From Planctomycetaceae bacterium (GTDB lineage Bacteria; Planctomycetota; Planctomycetia; Pirellulales; UBA1268), in contig JBJTPA010000014.1 of the NCBI GenBank assembly GCA_046074885.1, positions 1 through 32,087 on the forward strand: a stretch of 32,087 nt of DNA, read 5' to 3'. The notes under the pieces were generated by a model, which was given only the letters and a program-made list of their open reading frames with translations, had not been told where the DNA came from and made no database searches. This document shows, piece after piece, positions 1-8,320 of this stretch. The stretch's first letter is position 1. Each line of letters opens with the position of its first letter. The translations under genes and the position numbers were made by a program.

Positions 1-2
1 AG

Positions 3-119
3 AACGCCACGAGCGTCTCCACGCTCCTCTTGACGAGCGACGCCCTGATCGCCGAGAAGCCCAAGGAGACGAAGGGCAAGGGCGGCGCCGGCCACGGCGG
101 CGACCACGACATGTATTGA
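3..119 (+). CDS. groEL: Chaperonin GroEL, C-terminal fragment (5' truncated by window edge)
   Basis: Frame from nt 3 reads [38 protein letters not shown], matching the GroEL C-terminal NAxSVxxLLLTxE/DxxIxEKP segment plus a Gly-rich tail. Confidence 0.9.
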   Translation, partial: NATSVSTLLLTSDALIAEKPKETKGKGGAGHGGDHDMY

Positions 120-163
120 TGATTCGAGCCGCCTCGGCGGCGAGAATCATCACCGCACAGGAG

Positions 164-196
164 TCGGGGCGGCCTCAGGGCCGCCCCGATTTCTTT
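164..196 (+). terminator. Intrinsic terminator after groEL
   Basis: 11-bp stem TCGGGGCGGCC-tcag-GGCCGCCCCGA followed by TTTCTTT. A second hairpin TGATGATTC..GCCGCC-tc-GGCGGC..GAATCATCA lies at 117-151. Confidence 0.75.
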
Positions 197-348
197 GCGC
201 CGGCGAGGTCGCCGAGCGGCACGAAGCCGTCGGCGCCGGGCGGGGCGTCGGCCTTGCCGCACGACGGGGCGGCCAGTTGGCCCCACAGAGTCCGCACGAG
301 CCACAGTCCCGCGGCCACCGCGACGGCGATCGCGATCACGTCCTGCAT
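175..348 (-). CDS. Small FeoB-associated membrane protein
   Basis: MQDVIAIAVAVAAGLWLVRTLW..APSCG: one N-terminal TM helix then a Cys. ATG lies 1 nt after the feoB stop. Confidence 0.6.
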   Translation of the reverse strand: MQDVIAIAVAVAAGLWLVRTLWGQLAAPSCGKADAPPGADGFVPLGDLAGAKKSGRP

Positions 349-349
349 G

Positions 350-2320
350 TCACCAGCCGAGGGCGGTGCCAACCTGGAATGTGGCGAAGGCCGCGAGCCA
401 GGCCAGGGCGGTCATGTAGGAGAAGGTGACCAGCGGCCAGAGGCGGCTGCCGGTCTCGCGGCCGATGACGACGAGCGTGCTCATGCACTGCGCGCACAGC
501 GCGAAGAACACCATGATCGAGAGCGCCACCGGCAGCGTGAACACCTTCCGGTCGATGCCGTCCCAGGTGGCCGCCTGGAGCCGGCGGGCGAGCAGCGAGG
601 CTCCCTCATTGCCCCCCACGTCCACGTCGCCCAGGTTGTAGATCACGCCGAGCGTGCCGAGGACGACCTCGCGGGCCGGAAAGCTCGCGATTGCGGCGCA
701 GCCCAGCCGCCAGTCCCAGCCCAGGGGCTTCACGACCGGCTCGATCGCCCGGCCGGCCCGGCCCAGGACGCTCTGCCGCAGGGCCTCGCCGGCGATCTCC
801 GCCTCCGTCATGCCGTGGCCCTCGGGCAGCACGGGCTTCGGGTACGTGCCCAGCGCCCAGAGCACGATGCTCATCGCCACGATGAGCGTGCCGGCGTTTT
901 TGAGGAACGACAGCGACGCCTCGCGGACCCGCTCGAGCACCACGGCGGGCCGCGGCCACCGCCAGCCGGGCAGCTCCATCACGAACGGCTGCGGCGGCCC
1001 GCGGAACAGCGTCCGCGAGAGCACGAACGCCACGGCGGCGGCGACGATCACCCCGACCGCGTACATGCAGACGAGCACGACCGCCGGCAGGCGGATCCAG
1101 GAGAGCCCGACCGCGACGTCGGGCACGAAGGCGCCGCAGAAGAGCAGGTAGACCGGGAGGCGGGCCGAGCAGCTCATGAGCGGCGCGACGAGGATCGTCA
1201 GCAGCCGGTCGCGGCGGTTCTCGATCGTCCGCGTCGCCATGATGCCGGGGATCGCGCAGGCGAAGCTCGAAAGCAGGGGGATGAAGGACTTGCCGGAGAG
1301 CCCGGCGCCGACGAGCAGCCGGTCCATGAGGTAGGCCGCCCGCGCGAGATAGCCGCAGCCCTCGAGCACGGCCACGAACAGGAAGAGCAGGGCGATCTGC
1401 GGCAGGAACACGACGACGCCCCCGACGCCGGCGATCACGCCGTCCACGAGGAGCGACCGGATCGCCCCCTCGGGGAGCGCCGACTCGACGGCCGCGGCGA
1501 CGGCGTCCACGCCCGCGGAGATGAGGTCCATCAGCGGCGCCGCCAGCACGAAGATCGACGTGAAGAGCGCGAGCATCACGGCGACGAACGAGAGCGTGCC
1601 CCAGACGCGGTGGGTGAGCAGCGCATCGATCCGCTCGTCGAGCGTCCGGGCCGTCGTCTGCCGCCGGCTCACGATCCCGTCGAGCTGGGCCTCGACCCAG
1701 GCGTAGCGGGCGATCGCCTCCCGCTCGGCCCGCCCGTGGCCGGCGCCGCGGGCCAGGTGGGGTGCGAGGTCGGGCCGCGGCGGCGGCGGCTCCGCGGCGG
1801 CGGTGACGATCGCGTCGCGAAGCGCGGCCAGGCCGGCGCCCGTCGGCGCCGCCACGGGCACGACGGGGCAGCCCAGGCGGCGGGCGAGGGCGGCCGCATC
1901 GATGGCGATGCCCTTCGACGCCGCCACGTCGGAGAGCGTGAGGGCCACGACGACGGGCCGGCCGAGCTCGAGGGACAGGCTCGCGAGGTAGCAGTTCCGC
2001 TCCGGGTTCGTCGCGTCGGCCACGACGATCACGCAGTCGGGCGCGGCCACGCCCGGGAGCCGGCCGTGGAGGACGTCGATCGCCACCCGCTCGTCGGGGC
2101 TCTGCGGTGCGAAACTGTAGGTGCCCGGCAGATCCACGAGGTCGATCGCCCGGCCGGCGTGCGTGAACCGGCCCACCTTCTCCTCGACCGTGACGCCGGG
2201 ATAGTTGCCGACCCGCGTGGGGATGCCGGCGAGCGCCGAGAAGAGCGTGCTCTTGCCGGTGTTGGGATTGCCGAGGAGGACGGCGGTGAGGAGATCGCTG
2301 CCGGCGGGATTTTCGGGCAT
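350..2320 (-). CDS. feoB: Ferrous iron transport protein B
   Basis: G1 GNPNTGKS, VGNYPGVTVE, DLPGTYS, FLPQI, LEGCGYLARAA, SFACAIPGIMATR, PLMSCSARLPVY, CAQCMST. Confidence 0.97.
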   Translation of the reverse strand: MPENPAGSDLLTAVLLGNPNTGKSTLFSALAGIPTRVGNYPGVTVEEKVGRFTHAGRAIDLVDLPGTYSFAPQSPDERVAIDVLHGRLPGVAAPDCVIVVADATNPERNCYLASLSLELGRPVVVALTLSDVAASKGIAIDAAALARRLGCPVVPVAAPTGAGLAALRDAIVTAAAEPPPPRPDLAPHLARGAGHGRAEREAIARYAWVEAQLDGIVSRRQTTARTLDERIDALLTHRVWGTLSFVAVMLALFTSIFVLAAPLMDLISAGVDAVAAAVESALPEGAIRSLLVDGVIAGVGGVVVFLPQIALLFLFVAVLEGCGYLARAAYLMDRLLVGAGLSGKSFIPLLSSFACAIPGIMATRTIENRRDRLLTILVAPLMSCSARLPVYLLFCGAFVPDVAVGLSWIRLPAVVLVCMYAVGVIVAAAVAFVLSRTLFRGPPQPFVMELPGWRWPRPAVVLERVREASLSFLKNAGTLIVAMSIVLWALGTYPKPVLPEGHGMTEAEIAGEALRQSVLGRAGRAIEPVVKPLGWDWRLGCAAIASFPAREVVLGTLGVIYNLGDVDVGGNEGASLLARRLQAATWDGIDRKVFTLPVALSIMVFFALCAQCMSTLVVIGRETGSRLWPLVTFSYMTALAWLAAFATFQVGTALGW

Positions 2321-2350
2321 CGGCGACGCGTGGAATCGCGCTCCGGCGGA

Positions 2351-2602
2351 CTACCGCGGCTCGAGCGTGACGCGGGCGGCCTCGGCCCGGCGGATCGAGA
2401 GCCGGTAGCCGCGAAGCTCGAGTTCGAGCGGATCGCCGAGCGGCGCCCGGCCGATCACGCGGATCGTCGCGCCCGGCGTGATCCCCATCTCGAGCAGCCG
2501 CAGCGACGTGGCGTCGGACCCCAGCACGTCGGCGACGCGGCCGGCCGCGCCCACGGCGAGGCCTTCGAGCCGCTCGATCGACGCACGGGTCGCGACAGCC
2601 AT
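2351..2602 (-). CDS. feoA: Ferrous iron transport protein A
   Basis: RLLEMGITPG..V..RAPLGDPLELELRGYRLSIRRAEA; directly upstream of feoB. Start chosen at ATG 2602. Confidence 0.93.
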   Translation of the reverse strand: MAVATRASIERLEGLAVGAAGRVADVLGSDATSLRLLEMGITPGATIRVIGRAPLGDPLELELRGYRLSIRRAEAARVTLEPR

Positions 2603-2632
2603 GCGAGCACCGGAAGGAGGTGAACGGGCGTT

Positions 2633-2651
2633 GTTGAGACTGATTCTCAAC
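2633..2651. promoter_or_regulatory. Putative Fur-family operator upstream of feoAB
   Basis: Palindrome GTTGAGA-CTGAT-TCTCAAC whose core TGAGACTgATTCTCA resembles the 7-1-7 Fur box TGATAATnATTATCA; about 30 nt upstream of feoA. Confidence 0.7.
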
Positions 2652-2724
2652 GACATCTCCAGTGTAGAACGCTTTCGCGGGCGAGGCAACGACCGCCAGG
2701 TTTTTCCGCACCATTGTCGCACCC

Positions 2725-3435
2725 ATGACCGCGCTCAACGGCAGGCTCACAGGCAAAGGCCTGTTCTTCGCCGGCACCGACACCGACGTCGGCAAGACGG
2801 CGGCGGCGGCGACGGCGGTCGCGGATCTCGCCGGCATGGGTGCGAGGGTGGGGATCTACAAGCCGGTCGCCAGCGGGGCGCGAGGCCCGGGCGGCGACGC
2901 GGACCGGCTGTGGCAGGCGGCGGGCCGGCCGCTCTCGCGCGCGGTCGTGTGCCCGCAATCCTTCGCCGCGGCGCTCGCGCCGGTGGATGCGGCGCGGGCC
3001 GAGGGCCGTGCGATCGACGAGGATCTCCTGCGGCGCGGCATCGAGCCCTGGCGGGCCGCGAGCGACCTCGTCGTCGTCGAGGGGGCGGGCGGATTGTTCT
3101 CGCCGGTCGGCCCGCGGACGCTCGTCGCCGACCTGGTCCGGGAGTTCGGCCTGCCGCTGGTGCTCGTGGACGCCGCGCGGCTCGGGCTCGTCGGCCGCAC
3201 GCTCATGGCCGTCCGCGCCGCCTGCGCCGAGGGTCTTCACGTGGCGGCGGTCGTCGTCTCGCAGACCGCGCCGCCGCGGGGCGAACCGGGTGATCCGACC
3301 GGCGACGCGGCGATCCTGCGGTCGGGGCTCGACGTGCTCCGCGCGCGTTTGTCACGCATCCCGGTCGGCGTCCTCGCCCACGGTGCCGCGCGGGTCGAGC
3401 CGGCGATCGACTGGATGGCCCTCGCGGGCGGATGA
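2725..3435 (+). CDS. bioD: Dethiobiotin synthase
   Basis: GTDTDVGKT P-loop, YKPVASG, VVEGAGGLFSP. Confidence 0.95.
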   Translation: MTALNGRLTGKGLFFAGTDTDVGKTAAAATAVADLAGMGARVGIYKPVASGARGPGGDADRLWQAAGRPLSRAVVCPQSFAAALAPVDAARAEGRAIDEDLLRRGIEPWRAASDLVVVEGAGGLFSPVGPRTLVADLVREFGLPLVLVDAARLGLVGRTLMAVRAACAEGLHVAAVVVSQTAPPRGEPGDPTGDAAILRSGLDVLRARLSRIPVGVLAHGAARVEPAIDWMALAGG

Positions 3436-3466
3436 GCCCCGTGTCCGTCCCGATCATCCCGCCCGG

Positions 3467-4468
3467 TCACCCGTCGCGGAGCAGCCGCGCCGCGTCCCGG
3501 GGCGCCATCACGGAGATGTGGCAGCCGGTCGCGAGCTCGAAACCGGCGAGCGGCGTGATACGCGGCAGGATCTCGAGGTGCCACCGCCAGCGGGCGGCGA
3601 GCGACTCGTGTCCGCGGAATGGAAACTGGTGGAGCCACCAGTTGTAGTCCGCGTCGGGGGCGAGTGCCGCGAGCCGCGCGACGAACCACCGCGTGAGGTC
3701 GGCCAGGGCCGCGACGCGCCCCGGTCGCGTGGCGTGGAAGAAGGCCTCGGCGTCCGTCGGCACGACCCAGGTCTCGAGCGGCTGCCGGGGCGCGTTGGGC
3801 ACGAGGGCCACGAGGTTGCCCGCCTCGCGGACGATCCTTCCCTCGCGGCGGGCGGCCGCGAGCAGGTCGCCAAAGGGATCGGAGGCCGCCGCGGCGGCGG
3901 CGAGTTCCGCCGCGACCGCCGGCGGCACGAGATCGAGGCCCACGAGCTGGCTGTGGAGGTGCTCGAGCGACGCGCCGGCGAGCGGCCCTGAGTTCTTGAA
4001 CACGCCGGCCCAGGCCAGGTCGCCGCGGCCGGAGAGGTCGGCGAGGCGGCGGCGGACGAGGTCCCAGACGTCGCGCCACGCGTCCGGCGCGACGTCGAGC
4101 ACCGACCGCTCGTGCGCGGCCGACTCGACGACGACGTCGTGGACGCCATGGGCGGCGCGGCACGCCACGGCGTCGTCCGGCACGCCGCCGACGTCCACCG
4201 CGACCGGATAGCGGTTGGGCACGATCCGCGCCCGCCAGGGGAGCGACTCGTCGGCGGGCACGCGGAGGCTGGCGGTGGGCGTCCGCGACTCGTTGCCGGC
4301 GCAGAACGGGCACCACGTCCGCGGGTCGCCGGCCTCGGCCCCGAGCGCGGCGTCGTCCGGCCGGTGGGCGCGGCCGGGCGCCACGAACACGCGGCGGTCG
4401 GCGAGCGGCTCGTGGTGGACGCGGGGCGCGAGGGGATCGGGATCCGACGGTGGCGAAGCGGACATCAT
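3467..4468 (-). CDS. galT: Galactose-1-phosphate uridylyltransferase (GalT-like, HIT superfamily)
   Basis: CPFCAGNE, VPNRYP, HGVHDVVVES, FKNSGPLAGASLEHLHSQ (HxHxQ), WHLEILPR..AGFE. Confidence 0.85.
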   Translation of the reverse strand: MMSASPPSDPDPLAPRVHHEPLADRRVFVAPGRAHRPDDAALGAEAGDPRTWCPFCAGNESRTPTASLRVPADESLPWRARIVPNRYPVAVDVGGVPDDAVACRAAHGVHDVVVESAAHERSVLDVAPDAWRDVWDLVRRRLADLSGRGDLAWAGVFKNSGPLAGASLEHLHSQLVGLDLVPPAVAAELAAAAAASDPFGDLLAAARREGRIVREAGNLVALVPNAPRQPLETWVVPTDAEAFFHATRPGRVAALADLTRWFVARLAALAPDADYNWWLHQFPFRGHESLAARWRWHLEILPRITPLAGFELATGCHISVMAPRDAARLLRDG

Positions 4469-4498
4469 CACCAGAGTATGCCGGATGCCACACGCATG

Positions 4499-4566
4499 AT
4501 CCCATCGCTCGCGCTCCGGGCTTCTTGGCCGCTTCGTCAGGAAGCCCTGAGCGCCAGCGAGGGGAT
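4499..4566. repeat. Repeat family E: inverted REP-like doublet
   Basis: ATCCCATCGCTCGCGCTCCGGGCTTCTTG is the imperfect reverse complement of CAGGAAGCCCTGAGCGCCAGCGAGGGGAT; one arm recurs at 29602-29630. Confidence 0.8.
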
Positions 4567-4691
4567 GAGCCCCCGCGTCACCCGCCCCCGTGCCGCGTTG
4601 CCGTGCGCGGGCGGGCAGGCGTAGACTCCGCGGTCGCGTCGCCGTCGCGGCGCCGGCACGGCGGCCGGTCGCGCCGGCACCGGAGCCCGCC

Positions 4692-5090
4692 GTGCCTCCT
4701 CCGCCGCGCAGCTGGCTCGGAAAATTCGCCGACGCGTTTCGCGGGCTCTTCCACGCGGTCTCGACGCAGTCGAGCTTCGCGGCCCATCTGCCCGTGGCGG
4801 CCCTGGCGGTCGCGGCCGGCGCCTGGTTCGGCCTCGCCACCGAGCACGGGCTCTCGTCCGGCGAATGGTGCCTGGTGGTCATGGCGATCGGCGGCGTGCT
4901 CGCCGCGGAGGTCTTCAACACGTCGCTCGAGGACCTCGCGCGGGCCGTCGGCCGCTACCCGGATCCCGGCATCCGCGACGCCCTCGACGCGGCGAGCGCC
5001 GGCGTGCTCGTGGCCGTGGGCACGGCGATCCTCGTGGGGATCGTGATATTCGGGCCCCGGGTGGCCGTGCTCCTCGGCTTCTGCGATTGA
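4692..5090 (+). CDS. dgkA: Prokaryotic diacylglycerol/undecaprenol kinase (DgkA family)
   Basis: FADAFRGL..QSSFAAH, VLAAEVFNTSLEDL, ALDAASAGVLV. Start uncertain; GTG 4692 follows GGAG. Confidence 0.82.
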   Translation: MPPPPRSWLGKFADAFRGLFHAVSTQSSFAAHLPVAALAVAAGAWFGLATEHGLSSGEWCLVVMAIGGVLAAEVFNTSLEDLARAVGRYPDPGIRDALDAASAGVLVAVGTAILVGIVIFGPRVAVLLGFCD

Positions 5091-5193
5091 CCCCGGCCGC
5101 CGCGGAGGCGTAGCGTTTGCAGCCGTGCGGGGAACGGCGGCTGCGGCCGCGCCCGCCCGGGCCACTCACCATTCCATTTGGGAGACACGAATC

Positions 5194-5901
5194 ATGGGCA
5201 AGCTGCTGGCGGAGGCGATCGGGACGTTCTGGCTCGTGTTGGCGGTGCTCGGCAGCGCCGTGTGGGCCGCCGGCCAACCGGACGTCGGCATCGGGTGGCT
5301 GGGCGTGGCGCTCGCGGTGGGCCTGTCCGTCCTCAGCATGGCCGCGGCGATCGGCCACGTCTCCGGCTGCCACCTCAATCCCGCCGTCACGATCTCGCTC
5401 GTCGGCAGCGGGCGGTTCCCCGCCAAGGACGCGATCGGCTACGTCGTGGCCCAGGTGGTGGGCGGCCTGGCGGCGGCCGGAGTCTTCTACCTCGCGGCCC
5501 GCGGCGTCGCGGGATTCGAGGCCGCCGCGGCCTTCGCGGGGGCCTCCAACGGCGTGGGCGAGCACTCGGCGATAAAGCTTCCCTGGCAGGGCGGCTTCAT
5601 CGTCGAGGCTGTGGTCACGGCGTTGTTCGTGTTCGTGATCCACGGTGCCACCGACAAGCGCGGGGCGGGCGTCATCGCCCCGATCGCGATCGGCCTCTGC
5701 CTCGTGCTCGCGCTCCTCGTCAGCATCCCGGCCACCAACGGCTCGTTGAATCCCGCGCGGAGCACGGCGACGGCGGTGATGGCGCAGGTCTGCGGCGAGG
5801 GCTGGCCGCTCAGGGAACTGTGGCTCTTCTGGGTGGCGCCGATCGTGGGCGGCATCGTCGGCGGCCTGGCCTACAAGACCGTCGCCGAGTGCTGCGACTG
5901 A
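5194..5901 (+). CDS. aqpZ: Aquaporin (MIP family, AqpZ-like)
   Basis: SGCHLNPAVT and NGSLNPARS NPA boxes; colinear with E. coli AqpZ (EAIGTFWLV, GRFPAK, HGATDK, LWLFWVAPIVGG); GGAG RBS. Confidence 0.9.
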   Translation: MGKLLAEAIGTFWLVLAVLGSAVWAAGQPDVGIGWLGVALAVGLSVLSMAAAIGHVSGCHLNPAVTISLVGSGRFPAKDAIGYVVAQVVGGLAAAGVFYLAARGVAGFEAAAAFAGASNGVGEHSAIKLPWQGGFIVEAVVTALFVFVIHGATDKRGAGVIAPIAIGLCLVLALLVSIPATNGSLNPARSTATAVMAQVCGEGWPLRELWLFWVAPIVGGIVGGLAYKTVAECCD

Positions 5902-5974
5902 ACGATCGCGGGCCGCCCTTGAGGGCGGAGGCCCGCGGCCAGCGCGGGCCCTGCCGGCGCGAGTCGCGACCGGA

Positions 5975-7243
5975 TCACTTCGCCCGCACGTCGTAGCAGA
6001 GGATCCCGTCTCCCTCGCGGAGATAGAGCCGGCCGTCGGCGATCACGGGATGCGACCAGCTCGGCCGGTCGCCGCTGCCGGGGATCTTGAACGACGAGAC
6101 CTCGCGGTAGCCCGCGGGGTCGGCCGGCACGAGCGCGAGCGTGCCGTCGGCGAACCTGGCGTAGAGGTGGCCGTCGGCGGCCGCGAGGGCCACCGAGTTC
6201 CTGCCGCTGCCCCGCTCCTTCCAGACGATCTCGCCCGTGAGCAGCGGGGCGCAGAACAGGATGGCCTGATCGTCGGCGCAGCCATAGAGGTGGTCTCCGA
6301 CGAGCACGATGCCGCCGTGCTTGTTGGCGAGCTCCGGCTTCATGCCCCAGACCTCCTTGACCGTCACCGTGCCGCCCGGGCCCGGCACCTGCCGCAGGAG
6401 GGCGCCGCCGCGCTTGTAGCCGGCCGCGATGAACACGAGGTCGTCCTTGACGATCGGCGTGGGGATGACGGCCGTCGTCTGCTCGATGGGGTGCGTCCAG
6501 AGCAGCGTGCCGGTCTTGGCGTCGATGCCAAGCGCGCCGGTGGCGGTCGTCTGCACGTAGATCTTCCGCCCCTTGACGTCGGCCGCGACGATCGACGCGT
6601 GTCCGGCGCCGCGCTCGTCGGGCGCCTGGCACTTCCACACGGGGCGGCCCGTCTTCGCGTCGAGCGCCACGACCGTGGCCTGCTCGCCGCCGGGCGTGCA
6701 GATGACGCGGTCGCCGTCGACCGTCACCGACTCGCTGTAGCCCCAGGAGTCGCCCTTCTTGCCGCCGAGCGAGGCCTTGACGTCCACGCGGAAGATCTCG
6801 CGACCGTCCTTCGTCGCGCAGGCCACGAGCTGGCCGAACGGCGAGAGCACGTAGACCATGTCGCCGGCCACGGTGGGCGTGCTCCGCGAACTCTGCCACG
6901 ACTCCTGGCCGTCGGTCCACGGCCCGCCGGTCTTCGTGTTCCAGAGCTGCTTCCCGGTCTCGCGGTCGAAGCAGGTGAGGTACTCGTCCTTGTCATCGGC
7001 CGTCGAGAGTCCGTCGCCGAGCGTGTAGATGCGGTCGCCGGCGACCGCGGGGCTGGCATAGCCGCGGCCGGCTCCGGCGGTCTTCCACACCAGCGGCGGC
7101 CCGTCGGCCGGCCAGGATTCGAGCAGATCGGTGTCGGGTGCCACGCCGGTGCGAGTGGCACCGCGGAACGTGGGCCAGTCGGCCGCGCGGGCTGCGCCGG
7201 CTGCCAGCAGGGCGAGCGAACAGGCCAGTCGCGTGGGCCGCAT
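5975..7243 (-). CDS. Secreted PQQ-binding-like beta-propeller repeat protein
   Basis: Signal peptide followed by ADWPTFRG, repeated 'D..TG..LW' blades, C-terminal [14 protein letters not shown]. Confidence 0.9.
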   Translation of the reverse strand: MRPTRLACSLALLAAGAARAADWPTFRGATRTGVAPDTDLLESWPADGPPLVWKTAGAGRGYASPAVAGDRIYTLGDGLSTADDKDEYLTCFDRETGKQLWNTKTGGPWTDGQESWQSSRSTPTVAGDMVYVLSPFGQLVACATKDGREIFRVDVKASLGGKKGDSWGYSESVTVDGDRVICTPGGEQATVVALDAKTGRPVWKCQAPDERGAGHASIVAADVKGRKIYVQTTATGALGIDAKTGTLLWTHPIEQTTAVIPTPIVKDDLVFIAAGYKRGGALLRQVPGPGGTVTVKEVWGMKPELANKHGGIVLVGDHLYGCADDQAILFCAPLLTGEIVWKERGSGRNSVALAAADGHLYARFADGTLALVPADPAGYREVSSFKIPGSGDRPSWSHPVIADGRLYLREGDGILCYDVRAK

Positions 7244-7379
7244 GGGACGTTCCTCGAGGGAAGAAGGGCGCGTGGAAGGTACGGCCGATCCGGCGGCGCG
7301 GTCAATGTGCCGCGGAGGCGGCCGGCGGCCGTCCGGGCGTGTGGTATTGTGGGGATTCCTCCTCCCGGAAACCAGCGTC

Positions 7380-7874
7380 GTGTCCGCCGTGCCGTCCACG
7401 CCCGACCCGCTCTTCGGCCGCCGCGACAGCGTGGAGCAGGTCGAGGAGGGCCGCGACCTCGCCCCCAAGTTCGACGCCCAGGGCCTCATTCCCTGCGTGA
7501 CCACCGACTTCGCCTCCGGGGAGGTGCTCATGGTGGCCGTGATGAACCGCGAGGCGCTCGCCAGGACGATCGAGACCGGCGAGGCCCACTACTGGAGCCG
7601 CAGCCGGCAGGTGCTCTGGCACAAGGGGGCCACGAGCGGCCTCGTCCAGAAGGTCGTGGAGATGCGCATCGACGACGACCAGGACTGCGTCTGGCTGCGG
7701 GTCGAGATTCCCGGCGGCGCCAGCTGCCACGTCGGCTACCGCTCGTGCTTCTACCGGAAGGTCCCGGTGGGCGCGGAGCGAAAGGCGGGCACGGCGCTCG
7801 AGTTCCTCGAGCACGAGAAGGCCTTCGACCCGAAGGCCGTCTACGGCGACGCGCCGAACCCGACGCAGTTGTGA
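7380..7874 (+). CDS. hisI: Phosphoribosyl-AMP cyclohydrolase
   Basis: [36 protein letters not shown]. Start approximate. Confidence 0.93.
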   Translation: MSAVPSTPDPLFGRRDSVEQVEEGRDLAPKFDAQGLIPCVTTDFASGEVLMVAVMNREALARTIETGEAHYWSRSRQVLWHKGATSGLVQKVVEMRIDDDQDCVWLRVEIPGGASCHVGYRSCFYRKVPVGAERKAGTALEFLEHEKAFDPKAVYGDAPNPTQL

Positions 7875-7919
7875 GTCGCGCCCTCGATCCCTGAGGTGCC
7901 GCTCGGCTCGTGCGGCTCC

Positions 7920-8052
7920 CACATGATCATCGCGCTGACGCGATCACCTCGTCTCGTGGTCCAGTCGCCTCGCGACTGGAATCCGGTCCCTGGATCGCCA
8001 GGGGAAATCCGGTTGCGAGGCAACCGGACCACGGGTTGGCCAGCGACCACAC
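7920..8052 (-). repeat. Repeat family A copy 1 (REPIN-like)
   Basis: Reverse complement closely matches 25376-25510; two inverted GTGG+hairpin units. Confidence 0.9.
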
Positions 8053-8103
8053 CTCGAGTTGGCGGCGGCGGATCACGCCCGAGGATCACGCGTGAGCCCC
8101 CGC

Positions 8104-8314
8104 CGAGCCCCCGTCTCACAGTTGGGGAGGTGAGGGGCCGACGAATGCCCTGAGAGCCGGCCTGTGCTGGCAAGCGCAGCCACGATGGCGAAGCGCAGGC
8201 AGCACGGAGTGAGCGAAGGGCAGGATGCCCGTAGCGAACGTCCGGCGACGGGGCAGCGGCGGTCCCGAACCGGCCACTCGTCCGGCGAGAGGGCGTGGGG
8301 AGCCCCGAGCCGGC
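8104..8314 (+). repeat. Repeat family B copy 1 (structured element with inserted hairpin and an extra 3' half)
   Basis: CAGTTGGGGAGGTGAGGGG..CCCTGAGAGCCGGC..GAGTGAGCGAAGGGCAGGATGCCCGtAGCGAACGTCCGGCGACGGGGC shared with 18640-18733. Confidence 0.85.
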
Positions 8315-8320
8315 GCCTCG

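Noticed and set aside
116-2623. 835-aa plus-strand ORF and similar long ORFs (e.g. 606-2837, 6050-7894, 13431-15101, 15171-16907, 21635-24295, 30453-31979)
   Set aside because: Antisense or off-frame shadows of recognisable genes. They are Arg/Gly/Pro-rich with no motifs, as expected when stop codons are rare at high GC.
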